64,000 nt of DNA from assembly GCF_035594765.1 (NCBI RefSeq), contig NW_026943825.1, forward strand, positions 1,364,001-1,428,000. The letters are read 5' to 3'. Origin of the DNA: Anolis carolinensis (lineage: Eukaryota). Shown piece by piece: positions 11,946-24,470 of the stretch (positions within the stretch are counted from its first letter, which is position 1; every line of letters starts with the position of its first letter). The notes below the pieces were generated by a model. That model made no database searches. It was not told the DNA's origin and saw only the letters and a list, made by a program, of their open reading frames with translations. Position numbers and translations under genes: made by a program.

Positions 11946-12642
11946 CCATCAGAACAAATGCAATTAAGGCCAAGATCGAAAAATCAGCTCATGACCCTAA
12001 ATGCAGACTCTGCAAGGAAACCGACGAAACCATGGATCATGCCCTCAGCTGCTGTAAGAAAATCGCACAGACAGACTACAAACAGAGGCACAACTATGTG
12101 GCCCAAATGATCCATTGGAACTTATGCCTCAAGTACCACCTCCCAGCAGCAAAGAACTGGTGGGATCACAAACCTGCAAAAGTATTGGAAAATGAGCACG
12201 CAAAGATACTGTGGGACTTCCGAATCCAGACTGACAAAGTTCTGAAACACAACACACCAGACATCACAGTTGTGGAAAAGAACAAGGTTTGGATCATTGA
12301 TGTCGCCATCCCAGGTGACAGTCGCATTGACGAAAAACAACAAGAAAAACTCAGCCGCTATCAGGACCTCAAGATTGAACTTCAAAGACTCTGGCAGAAA
12401 CCAGTGCAGGTGGTCCCGGTGGTGATGGGCACACTGGGTGCTGTGCCAAAAGATCTCAGTCGGCATTTGGAAACAATAGGCATTGACAAAATCACCATCT
12501 GCCAACTGCAAAAGGCCACCCTACTGGGATCTGCACACATCATCCGAAAATACATCACACAGTCCTAGACACTTGGGAAGTGTTCGACATGCGATTTTGT
12601 GATATGAAATCCAGCATGTCTATCTTGTTTGCTGTGTCATAC

Positions 12643-12645
<3 letters not shown>
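11946..12645 (+). mobile_element. R4/Dong-clade non-LTR retrotransposon 3' end
   Basis: CRLC...HALSCC zinc knuckle and PDI...IDVAIP...K restriction-like endonuclease; followed by (AAT)n. Confidence 0.85.
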
Positions 12646-12695
<50 letters not shown>

Positions 12696-12787
12696 ATCGC
12701 ACAATTCTAGACACTTGGGAAGTGTTCGACTTGTGATTTTGTGATACGAAATCCAGCTTGTCTATCTTGTTTGCTGTGTCATAATAA

Positions 12788-12830
<43 letters not shown>

Positions 12831-13292
12831 GCTGTCCATCTGTGTAGACAATCTTTAAGATTTGATCCTTATTTTTAAAATCAGACAGGACGAAGCCACA
12901 GTGGCAACTGATCACTGCTCAGCCATTTATCTCTACAGATGAAGTGAAAAGGAATTATGCGCTCTCTCTCTCTTTCTCTCTTTCTTTCCTGACAAGCAGA
13001 GATAAACGTCCTGTCAACTGGCTCAACCAGGGGAGGATTACGGACAATGTATACGTGTGTCACTTCCTCCTTCCCCGGGATGGAACCTACCTTTAATGAC
13101 AGGTAACTGAAAAGTGCAGGCAACGAGGGCTGCAAACTGGCGGGCGACACGCTTCCTCTTTTAATAACTTGTCAGCTGCCTTGTCAGGCATGAAATAGCA
13201 AATGGTAGTGAAATGTGCTGGGAACAGAAAGGAAGATGGAGACTTTTAGGGCTGGCTTTTAGGGCTGGCTATTAGGGAGGATAATAATTTAG

Positions 13293-14932
13293 AGGTGTGG
13301 TGAGTGAATTAGAACCAGACATCCTGAGGAGTGAGGTTGAATGGGCCTTAAGAAGCCTTGCTAATAACAAGGCAGCAGGAGACGACGGGATCCCAGCTGA
13401 AGTGATCAAGAAAAGGTGGCAAGAATATACAGAAGATCTCTATAAGAAAGAGAATAATATAGATTTGACGATGTGGTGAGTGAATTAGAACCAGACATCC
13501 TGAGGGGTGAGGTTGAATGGACCTTAAGAGGCGTTGCTAATAACAAGGCAGCAGGAGACGACAAGATCCCAGCTGAAGTAATCAAGAAAAGGTGGTAAGA
13601 ATATACAGAAGATCTGTATAGGAAAGAGAATAATATTGAGGATAGCTTTGACAGTGTGGTGAATTAACAAGATATCCTGAGGAGCGAGGTTGAATGGGCC
13701 TTAAGAAGCATTGCTAATAACAAGGCAGCAGGAGACGACAAGATCCCAGCTGAAGTAATCAAGAAAAGGTGGTAAGAATATACAGAAGATCTGTATAGGA
13801 AAGAGAATAATATAGAAGATAGCTTTGACAGTGTGGTGAGTGAATTAGAACCAGACATCCTGAGGAGTGAGGTTGAATGGACCTTAAGAGGCATTGCTAA
13901 TAACAAGGCAGCAGGAGACGACGGGATCCCAGCTGAAGAGATCAAGAAAAGGTGGCAAGAATATACAGAAGATCTCTATAGGAAAGTGAATAATATAGAG
14001 GATAGCTTTGATAGTGTGGTGAATTAACCAGATATCCTGAGGAGCGAGGTTGAATGGGCCTTAAGAAGCATTGCTAATAACAAGGCAGCAGGAGACGACG
14101 GGATCCCAGCTGAAGTGATCAAGAAAAGGTGCCAAGAATATACAGAAGATCTCTATAGGAAAGAGAATAATATAGCTTTGACAGTGTGGTGAGTGAATTA
14201 GAACCAGACATCCTGAGGAGTGAGGTTGAATGGACCTTAAGAGGCATTGCTAATAACAAGGCAGCAGGAGACGACGGGATCCCAGCTGAAGAGATCAAGA
14301 AAAGGTGGCAAGAATATACAGAAGATCTCTATAGGAAAGTGAATAATATAGAGGATAGCTTTGATAGTGTGGTGAATTAACCAGATATCCTGAGGAGCGA
14401 GGTTGAATGGGCCTTAAGAAGCATTGCTAATAACAAGGCAGCAGGAGACGACGGGATCCCAGCTGAAGTGATCAAGAAAAGGTGCCAAGAATATACAGAA
14501 GATCTCTATAGGAAAGAGAATAATATAGCTTTGACGGTGTGGTGAGTGAATTAGAACCAGACATCCTGAGGAGTGAGGTTGAATGGGCCTTAAGAAGCCT
14601 TGCCAATAACAAGGCATCAGGAGACGACGGGATCCCAGCTGAAGTGATCAAGAAAAGGTGGCGAGAATATACAGAAGATCTCTATAGGAAAGAGAATAAT
14701 ATTGAGGATAGCTTTGACAGTGTGGTGAGTGAATTAGAACCAGACATCCTGAGGAGTGAGATTAAATGGGCCTTAGGAAGGCTAATAACAAGGCAGCAGG
14801 AGATGACAGGATCCCAGCTGAAGTGATCAAGAAAAGGTGGCGAGAATATACAGAAGATCTGTATAGGAAGGATAATAATATCGAGGATAGCTTTGACGGC
14901 GTGGTGAGTGAATTAGAACCAGACATCCTGAG
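13293..14932 (+). repeat. Tandem array of an RTE-BovB ORF fragment (170-183-bp unit, about 9 copies, 353-bp dimer)
   Basis: Units translate IKKRWQEYTEDLY...LEPDILRSEVEWAL...NNKAAGDDGIPAE, the BovB linker upstream of the RT. Registers recur at 13833, 14186 and 14539. Confidence 0.9.
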
Positions 14933-15237
14933 CAGTGAGCCTGTGCAAAACTGAACTTTGGGATTCATCGTGCTGAGGAAAGAGTTGAGGGATTGCATTT
15001 CTCTGATTTTGGAAACCTGAGAAGTCGCTGGACTGCAAATGCATCGTTCGGGTGGCTGGGTTCTCGTCTGCCCAGCTCACGGTGGGGATAAATTTAGACG
15101 CAGCCCGTGAGTTGGTGTTTATTTGAGGAATAAATAGTTCTAGAAGCAGGTTTGTGGGGACTCCTCTTTCCCCTTGCCATGACATACTTCCTTCTGAACT
15201 TTGTTTTCATTTAGGGTTTTTGTTGTTGCTGTTGAAG

Positions 15238-15301
15238 ATGGAGCTGGTCTGGATTTGCCTCCTGGTCTTTTGCAGCATATCAGGGATCTCTTGCCAGGCA
15301 G
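15238..15301 (+). CDS. Short pentraxin 1, signal-peptide exon (MELVWICLLVFCSISGISCQA)
   Basis: ATG at 15238, hydrophobic signal peptide, phase-1 donor G|gttagt at 15302 compatible with the acceptor at 17128-17129. Same two-exon layout as CRP/APCS. Confidence 0.85.
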
Positions 15302-16503
15302 GTTAGTAAATTCATTGGGGCAGGCAACGAGAGATGGTGTTAATATTTTAACTTGGGGTGGGTTTGACACCAGAATCTGTTTTCACATTTGAAGAGCTTT
15401 GAAGTCCCAATAATAATAATAATAACAATAATAATAATTTGTACAGAGTACAAAGAATCAGTACAAGAAAACCGCACTACAAACTAGAGCTGACAGATAA
15501 TAATAATTTGGACAGAGTACACTTATTTCATCCCTTGCAAAGCCCATCTCATCCATTGTAGGCAAGGTGAGTGAAATGTATATCCTGGCCGGAGGATAGA
15601 ACACATGAGTGAAACTCAAGGATAAGGATAGAGCACATGTGTCAAATCATGTCATTTGATATGTCCTCCCAGATGCTGGGCTCTGTTCCTTATCATTCAA
15701 CATCATGACTAGAGCTGATGGACGTTATGAAACAATGACGTCCGGAAGGCTAACATTTGTTCTGTTTAGTCCAGAGTGTGGGACTTGTATTTAGATACAA
15801 AACTTATGGGTAGGATGCCCGACTTGAAAATGTCCTTTCACCTTCCCCCAACCTTACATCCTCAGCTGCTATGGGTTGCAATTCCCATTATCCCCAGTCT
15901 GTGGGGTGAATAATCAAAACTGATAGGAGTTTTTGCGGGATTCTGGTACATTTTGAAATCACCTCCCTGAATCGCTGCAAGCTGGATAGCCAATGTCTCA
16001 GAAGCATGCAAAATTCAGCAGAGTCCTTTCACAGCAAAAACATGCTTTAGTCCACCTATCAGCAGAATCCAACTGCCAGCATCTGACCTTATCTCTACAC
16101 TGTATAGTAAACTCATGGATTCAGGTTTTCAATCAAAATATACAGAGGCTTTAATTCTCACGGTTGCAATATATTTATTTATTTATTTTATTTACAGCAT
16201 TTATATTCCGCCCTTCTTTCTCACCCCAAAGGGGACTCAAGGCGGATCACATTACACATATGAGGCAAACATTCAATGCCTTTTAACATAGAACAAAGAC
16301 AAGACAAACATAGGCTCCGAGCGGGCCTCGAACTCATGACCTCCTGGTCAGAGTGATTCATTGCCGTGATTCATTGCAGCTGCTCTCCAGCCTGCGCCAC
16401 AGCCCGAGCCCAATATATATACAAATGTACAAACACGGTTTGCAGATCCTCATTCCTTGTATTTGCAAACAATCAGAATCAACAGTTAGTCACATACAGA
16501 ATA

Positions 16504-16556
<53 letters not shown>

Positions 16557-17129
16557 TATTTATACCCCGCCACCATCTCCCCAACGGGGACTCGGGGCGA
16601 CTTACATGGGGCCATGCCCAAAACAATACAATGTAAACAGCATATAAAAGAACAACACATCACAATACAATAAGCAATACAATAAATAATAATATCCATT
16701 ACAAAATAAAACAAGGAGACAATGAAAACAAGGGCAGACTGCAGAATAGGCAGATACTCACACTGAGTCACATAGGAGAGAGAAAGATGGATTTTTTCAT
16801 CCTCCTTATATAGCCACCTGCTGATAGGTCATCAGTAAGGAACACTGGCCGATGCAACTTCTTTGCAATACACCTCACATGGTTATGGCTCCAACATTAC
16901 AACACACCCTTAGGTATGGCATAATGACATGACATTTAAAGTCATTACCCCGATGCCATCAATATTCCACATGTTCATCATATGGAATTACTAGAATTTT
17001 TTTCATGGCTATCTAACTAAAACTGGACGGAAGCTAAAGTGTATCGGCGACTATGTGAAAAAATATCGTTGGTCCTCATTCTTTGCTTTCCCCCCTCTTT
17101 CTCCTTCTTTCCTTTTCTTTTTCCCCCAG

Positions 17130-17734
17130 ATCTTTCTAGAAAGGTTTTCGTCTTCCGCAATGAGCCTAGCGAGGCGTATGTCATTCTCAAACCCCAACCG
17201 GAGGAGCCTCTTCGGAACTTCACCATCTGCTTGAGGTCCTACACAGACCTGACCCGGCCGTATGGCCTCTTCTCTTACGCGACGAAGTCGGAGGACAACG
17301 AGCTCCTGATCTTCAAGCCCAAATCGGGAGAGTATCGAGTCTACGTGGGTGGAGAATACCTCTCCTTCAAAGTCCCCGAAGATACCCTCGACTGGGAACA
17401 CGTCTGCTTCGGGTGGGAATCGGCCACAGGCATTGCCGAGTTCTGGCTGAATGGGAAGCCCTGGCCCAGGAAAGGGTTGAAGAAAGGGCATGTTGTGGAC
17501 GCCGGCGCCTTCATTGTGCTGGGCCAAGAGCAAGACCACTATGGGGGCTCCTATGACTCGTACAACTCCTTCTCCGGAGAACTGACTGATGTCTACATGT
17601 GGGAGTTCCTCCTCTCGCCCCACAAGATGAGATCCGCCTATCAGGATCTACAGCTTCCTCGTTGCGCTTTGGGTTGGAAGAATCTGCATTATGAAATCAA
17701 GGGCGATGTGGTAGTGAAGGCCAGGTTGAGATAA
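17130..17734 (+). CDS. Short pentraxin 1 (SAP/CRP family), mature-domain exon
   Basis: Acceptor ttcccccAG; DLSRKVFVF...FTICLRSYTDL...LFSYATKSEDNE...HVCFGWES (pentraxin signature)...LGQEQD...YEIKGDVVVKARLR*. Confidence 0.95.
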
Positions 17735-17830
17735 ATGAAATCACGTAAATCCGGGTTCATTGAATAGAGTTACGAGGGTCTCTTTCCAATTAGACACTAT
17801 GAGGCGAGGAGATCAGGTACAACAGATGTA

Positions 17831-18071
17831 CAGTCGAGTCTTGCTTATCCGTCATAAACTGGCAGGCAGAATGACGGATAAGTGAAACTGACGGATAACA
17901 GGGTGGGTGCTCGTTCACTCACTCACTTACCAGGCCGGGTCCCAGCAGCGGCGACAGCAGCACCGGGACTTGGCGGGGTGAGTAAGTGAGAGAGAGAGTG
18001 GAGGAGGACATTTACCTCCGTTTACCACGGAGTGTCGGATAAGCGGAACTCGGATAAGCTGGACTCTACTG
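17831..18071. mobile_element. MITE variant with similar TIRs and a GC-rich unrelated interior
   Basis: TA|CAGTCGAGTCTTGCTTATCCG...CGGATAAGCTGGACTCTACTG|TA, about 100 bp after the pentraxin 1 stop. Confidence 0.65.
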
Positions 18072-18955
18072 TATTTGATCAAATCTCTCTGTTGGGTCAA
18101 CGAGTGCCACCCTTCTGAGGCACAGCTCAGTGTATTTTATAGTTAAAAGTTTTAAGCATGCACACACAAACTATTTGATGCACTCTTCTCTTTCTCTTTG
18201 TTCTTTTCTGGTGAGGGAGAAAGAAGCCCCTGAAGTTTCCCCAATTATAGTAATTTAATTATGCGCATGTGCAATAATAGTAATGAAATTTTGTTGGTCT
18301 CGTTATACTAATGGGTTTTTCACCAAGTATACTTTAGAAACACTTTCTAAACAAAGTGCCAGGACCCCCAATTTTATAAATGCAGTAGAGTCTCACTTAT
18401 CCAACACTCGCTTATCCAACATTCTGGATTATCCAACGCATTTTTGTAGTCAATGTTTTCAATATATCATGATATTTTGGTGCTAAATTCGTAAATACAG
18501 TAATTACTACATAGCATTACTGTGTATTGAACTACTTTTTCTCTCAAATTTGTTGTATAACATGATGTTTTGGTGCTTAATTTGTAAAATCATAACCTAA
18601 TTTAATGTTTAATAGGCTTTTCCTTAATCTCTCCTTATTATCCAACATATTTGCTTATCCAACATTCTGCCTGCCCGTTTACGTTGGATAAGCGAGACTC
18701 TACTGTACTTGTGAAACATTTTTAATGGATCGCACTTCCGTAAGCTATATAAAATCCAGATTATGTGCCTTGAGCTCGATAATTTGCTTAAGTAGACTAA
18801 TATAATCCAGTTCAAAGCAAATAATCTGGATTTTATATGGCAGTTTAGATGGGGCCTGGGAGATGCTCAAAAAGGTCTCGGAAGATATGGCCACTGGGTA
18901 GAGCCAGAGAGCAACGCAAAAGCTCCTGTTCTTTCTTGGGATGGGTCTCTCCATG

Positions 18956-18996
<41 letters not shown>

Positions 18997-19859
18997 TTAT
19001 TTTTCTATCCCGCCACCATCTCCCTGAAGGGACTCAGGGCAGCTAACATAATATAATAATGCCATTCCAAACTGCAACTTATGACATCATATGTCAATTC
19101 AACTGTCATGGTTCAATGCTATGGAATCCTGGGATGCTATGGAACCCCCATAGGTTGTTTTGTATTCCGTCTTTCCTACTGATGGTAGCTGCCAGTGGGC
19201 TTATTTTTAATTTTTTTGCTGCCTTCTTCTTTGCCTAAATACACCTACGCAAAAGTATGCATTAGAGAAACGGAGAGCCACAAATGCCCATGTTTTGGGA
19301 AGTTGCATAGAAAATGGTAGGTTAGAAAAACATGCATAGGAGACATTAGGCAGAAATGTGCACAGAATAATAAGCTGGTACGCATCAAGTGTAAATATGT
19401 AATTTGAGGAAAGAAGACACATTCTAAGTGCATTAGGTGGCAATGCTGTGCCTGAAAAAATAAATATGTATTATTGTAGAATGATATGTAAATAGCACAG
19501 AATGGATTTATGGCTGAATATATCGACGACTCCATCCATCCCCATTCAAAAACGCTGTCTTAGCAACAGTGATTTATTTTCCCTATAAGATATCTGGGAT
19601 GATTTAAGATGTTTTATAGATGGTATTTAATGCCAAACAAGTTGTCAAATATGCTTATATGCTTCAAATCAATGCTGGAGTTGTCAGGATAAGGAAAGGT
19701 TATTTTCCCTTTAATATGTAGTGGATTTGCAAGAAGGAAAATTATTAGTCTGATCTTGCATTATTATTAATGCCTTGGTTATTATTATTTGCTGCTTTTT
19801 TCTCCATAGGCAGATTCAAAAAGATTCACAGCATTATAAATAATAATGTAACATTAGAC

Positions 19860-20680
19860 CCGTGATTCCCAAAGTGGGTGCTACTGCCCCCTGGTGGCAC
19901 CTATTAGGACATGAGGGCGGGGCCAGGGGAGGGGCGTGGCTTCTTCCTAAGAGCCTGAGACAGGGCTGAGACTCTATACCTCTCTTGCGGCGCTTCTTGG
20001 GACACAGAGGGCGGAGCTAGGGATGGGGGCGGGGCCTCCTTTCAGGAGCCTGAGACAGGGCTGAGCCTCTATACCTCTCCTGAGAGGCCTTTTAGGACTA
20101 AAGGGCGGGGCTAGGGGTGGGGGCGGGGCCTCTTCCCAAGAGCGCGAGACAGGGCTGAGCCTCTATACCTCTCCTGAGAGGTCTTTTAGGACTAAAGGGT
20201 GGGGCTAGGGAAGGGGTCGGGGCCTCTTCCCAAGAGCATGAGACAGGGCTGAGCCTCTATACCTCTCCTGAGAGGCCTTTCAGGACTAAAGGGCGGGACT
20301 AGGGGTGGGGGCGGGGCCTCCTTCCAAGAGCCCGAGACAGGGCTGAGCCTCTATACCTCTCCTGAGAGGTCTTTTAGGACTAAAGGGCAGAGCTAGGGAT
20401 GGGGGCGGGGCCTCTTCCAAGAGCCTGAGCCAGGGCTGAGCATCTATATCTCTCCTGAGAGGCCTTTTAGGACTAAAGGGCGGGGCTGGGGTGGGGGCGG
20501 GGCCTCTTCCCAAGAGCCTGAGACAGGGCTGAGCCTCTATACCTCCCCTGAGGCTCTTGTTAGAACACTGGGGCGAGATATAGAGGTTCAGCCCCGTCAG
20601 GCACTTGGAAAGAGGCCCCGCCCCCTTCTCTAGAAGCTCAGCCCTGCCTCAGAGCTCATAACTCCGCCCATCCCAGTCCT
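19860..20680. mobile_element. hAT-like element with about 72-bp G-rich tandem array (about 8 units)
   Basis: Starts ccgtgattcccaaagtggg; unit gagacagggctgagcctctatacctctcctgagagg...gggcggggctaggggtgggggcggggcc. Confidence 0.65.
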
Positions 20681-21240
20681 AATTTGTGTGTATATGTGTG
20701 TGTGTTCTAAGAATGCACACAATAAAAAATACTATAGCTATTTAAAGCTTAACATTTATGGCAAATGGACACTTGCTTAGTCCAAAAGAGTTGTTTCCCC
20801 AAGAAACACTCCTTCATTATATCCGAGACAACATCCTTAACAAGACACCCACACTTATCCACTTACTGTGTAAATCTTGTTGTGTTCAATGGGGTTATTC
20901 TCGGGTGAACAGTGTCGTATTGCAGTTAAAATCTTGGCCCTTCTTTCAACTTGGGACAGAAAATTGCCCTTCAGATTATCCTCATTTTCTATGAACTTTG
21001 AGAAGCACAGATTGGGTTTTCCAGACAACGGCGTTCTTTATTCAGCAAAAATTAATCCAAGTTAAGTCTCTTTCAGTCCACGGATTGAGAAGGATCCCTT
21101 TCAGGCTTTTGGGCCGTTAAGGAATCAACTGGTAGCTGATACCAGGATTAGGAACAGGAAGGAATTTTCTGCTCATTTCAAGGATGATTTCCTTGGCAGT
21201 GGACTGGCTAAAAAGCCTTGCTCGTCCCTCACACTGTGGG

Positions 21241-21248
21241 TATAAATA
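21241..21248 (+). promoter_or_regulatory. TATA box of pentraxin 2
   Basis: TATAAATA 78 bp upstream of the ATG at 21319. Confidence 0.6.
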
Positions 21249-21318
21249 CAAGAAAAAAGGGGTGCAGTCACTCACATTTGGAGACTGGGTTCTACAAGTC
21301 TTATATCTTCAACTCATC

Positions 21319-21382
21319 ATGAAGATTCTTCCCATCTTCCTCTTCCTTTTGGTCAGCCTTTTGCAGTCACTTGCACAAGAAG
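21319..21382 (+). CDS. Short pentraxin 2, signal-peptide exon (MKILPIFLFLLVSLLQSLAQE)
   Basis: ATG at 21319, signal peptide, phase-1 donor AAG|gtgagc at 21383. Confidence 0.9.
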
Positions 21383-22033
21383 GTGAGCATCATGCTGAGT
21401 TGTTAAAGAACATGGGATGTACCGGGCATAGAGCTTTAAAGGGGAATTACCGTATATACAGTAGAGTCTCACTTATCCAAGCCTCGCTTATCCAAGCCTC
21501 TGGATGATCCAAGCCATTTTTGTAGTCAATGTTTTCAATATATCGTGATATTTTGGTGCTAAATTCATAAATACAGTAATTACAACATAACATTACTGCG
21601 TATTGAACTACTTTTTCTGTCCAATTTGTTGTATAACATGATGTTTTGGTGCTTAATTGGTAAAATCATAACCTAATTTGATGTTTAATAGGCTTTTCCT
21701 TAATCCCTCCTTATTATCCAAGATATTCGCTTATCCAAGCTTCTGCTGGCCCGTTTAGCTTGGATAAGTGAGACTCTACTGTACTTGAAAATAAGCCAGG
21801 TTTTTAAGCCCATTTTTTTTAAGCTGAAAAAGCCTCCCTCGGCTTATAATGGGGTCAAGGCCAAGGCCTTTCTTCCTTTTTTTCCCCTCTCTTTTCCCTC
21901 AATTCTGTAATTTATTTTATTGTATGTTTTTGTCTGTGTTTATGTCGAAAGGAACACTAATAAAAAATTATTTAAAAATAAAATAAAATAAATTGCCTTG
22001 TTCTTTTCCTCTTTCTCCCCGCCACATCTCCAG

Positions 22034-22665
22034 ATCTCGACAAAAAGGTGTTCATCTTCCCAGAGTCGACCAACACTAGCCACGTTCTTTTGAAGCCCAG
22101 CCTTCCGCGGCCGTTGACGGCCTTCACCATCTGCCTGTGGTCTTACACGGACATGACCCGTGCCCACACCCTCTTCTCTTACGCCACCAAGACCAACGAC
22201 AACGAGATCGTCATCTTCAAATCCAAACCCAACGAGTACAGCCTTTATGTCGGAACATCCGATGTGCTCTTCATCTTCCCCGAACACCTGACCGCGAAGC
22301 CTTCGTGGGAGCAGATATGTATGAGTTGGGAGTCAGGCACCGGGATGGTCGAATTCTGGTTGGACGGGCAACCTTTGCCACGGAACGGCATGATGAAAGG
22401 GCACCGGATAAGTCCAGAGGCGTGTATTGTCCTTGGGCAGGACCAGGATGCCTTTGGCAGTGGGTTTGATATCAACCAATCCTTTGTTGGGGAGATACGA
22501 GATGTCTATATGTGGGATCGGGTGCTGTCGGATAACGAAATGTGCCTGGTATGGGGCAATTCTGTTCCTCCCAGCCCTGTGATTGACTGGAGGGCACTGA
22601 ATTATATGATCAGAGATTATGTCGTCCTTAAGCCCTCTCTGCCTTCTGTCTGCAGAGCTGGGTAG
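22034..22665 (+). CDS. Short pentraxin 2 (SAP/CRP family), mature-domain exon
   Basis: Acceptor catctccAG at 22032-22033; DLDKKVFIFP...FTICLWSYTD...LFSYATKTNDNE...QICMSWES...LGQDQD...QSFVGEI...VCRAG*. Confidence 0.95.
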
Positions 22666-22872
22666 ACTGCAAGTCAATCGTTTCAATCAGGGAGGAGAAC
22701 ATGTGGCCTTCCGAATGTTGTTACACCATATATGCATTATGCTATGAAAGAAAATTGAAATAAAAATTATGTTCCTGGTTTGAAAGTGTTATTTCCTGTT
22801 TAATTGTACGGCACTTACTTTGAAAGTTGATGTTATAATCTAGAAATTTTGTCTTTGTGTCTGCCACAAACT

Positions 22873-23905
22873 ATGAGGGTTATCCAGAAAGTAGATTACG
22901 TTTTGGAATTAAAAATGAACGAAGTATAGGAGAAAACATTTATCATATGCAGTTGAAAGCCACACTCCAAAACCACTTCTCAACATAGTCGCCACTCAAA
23001 TCTAGGCACTTACCATAGCGAATGAGATTGGCAACTCCTTCCCCACAAAACTCGGCCACTTGCGTCCTCAACGCAGCGTTTTAGCAACGATGCACAACTG
23101 CGAGAAGGGGTGACTGGCTGGTTGAGGATGCAAGCAGCAGAGTTTTGTCATTTACCATAGCGATGAATGAGCTTGGCAACTCCTTCCCCACAAAACTCTG
23201 CCACTTGCGTCCTCAACGCAGCGTTTTGGCAACGATGCACAACTGCGAGAAGGGGTGACTGGCTGGTTGAGGATGCAAGCAGCAGAGTTTTGTCATTTAC
23301 CATAGCGATGAATGAGCTTGGCAACTCCTTCCCCACAAAACTCTGCCACTTGCGTCCTCAACGCAGCGTTTTGGCAACGATGCACAACTGCGAGAAGGGG
23401 TGACTGGCTGGTTGAGGATGCAAGCAGCAGAGTTTTGTCATTTACCATAGCGATGAATGAGCTTGGCAACTCCTTCCCCACAAAACTCTGCCACTTGCGT
23501 CCTCAACGCAGCGTTTTGGCAATGATGCACAACTGCAAGAACGGGTGACTGGCTGGTTGAGGATGCAAGCAGCAGAGTTTTGTCATTTACCATAGCAATG
23601 AATGAGCTTGGCAACTCCTTCCCCACAAAACTCTGCCACTTGCGTCCTCAACGCAGTGTTTTGGCAACGATGCACAACTGCGAGAAGGGGTGACTGGCTG
23701 GTTGAGGATGCAAGCAGCAGAGTTTTGTCATTTACCATAGCGATGAATGAGCTTGGCAACTCCTTCCCCACAAAACTCTGCCACTTGTGTCCTCAATGCA
23801 GCGTTTTGGCGACAATGCGCAGCTGCGGGAAGGGGTGACCGGCTGGTTGAGGACGCAAGCGGCAGAGTTTGGTGGGGGAGGAGTTGCCAAGCTCATTCAT
23901 TGCAG
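22873..23905. mobile_element. Mariner-derived foldback element with 145-bp tandem amplification (about 6 units)
   Basis: TIR gagggttatccagaaagtag; period 145 (23167, 23312, 23457, 23602, 23747); each unit contains inverted ctctgccacttgcgtcctcaac / gttgaggatgcaagcagcagag. Confidence 0.85.
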
Positions 23906-24470
23906 ACAAGGATTTCAATGAGGATATTTTATTTACATATATGATTACGGCAGCCAGGATCACCTATGCAAAGTATTGGAAATTGGAAGAAACGCCAGAC
24001 TTTGATCAATGGACAATAAAACTGATGGACATTAAGGACATGGACAAATTGACTTTTTTAATTAAAAAGAACTCGGGCAACCCTATAAAACAAACAGATT
24101 GGGAACAGGTAGAGAAGTACCTTAGAAGAAGAAGAAGAAATAAATTATTGGAAGAGAAACAGCAATAAACAATACCTCCATGGGCGGGGGCAACTTAGAA
24201 CTAGAAAAAAAACACCAAGCCGCAAAGGACTAGAAGGAAGTCGACACTGGTTTTTTTTTTCTTTTTTGGCTGGTGTTGGTTTTTCTATTTTCAAATTTTT
24301 ATTTTTATTGTTATTTTTTATTTCTTTTTTTCCCTTTTCTCTCCTCCTTCCCTTCCTCCCCCTTCCCCCCTCTTTCATATCCTTCTTTCTTTCCTCACTT
24401 TTCTTATAACTATTGTTCTTTCAATGTATTATAACTCTAGGTACACTAATAAAAATATCTTTTTAAAAAA
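23905..24470 (+). mobile_element. L1-clade LINE 3' end
   Basis: TAARITYAKYWK...W...MDKLT ORF2 C-terminus, T-rich UTR, AATAAA and A tail. Related copy at 40448-41057. Confidence 0.65.

Noticed and set aside
13297-14954. Repeated short ORFs suggesting a repeat protein
   Set aside because: BovB-derived units with frameshifts and stops between them.
17039-17129. ORF-track starts for the pentraxins (17039, 22048, 31965)
   Set aside because: These are intronic or non-ATG starts; the true N-termini come from upstream signal-peptide exons.
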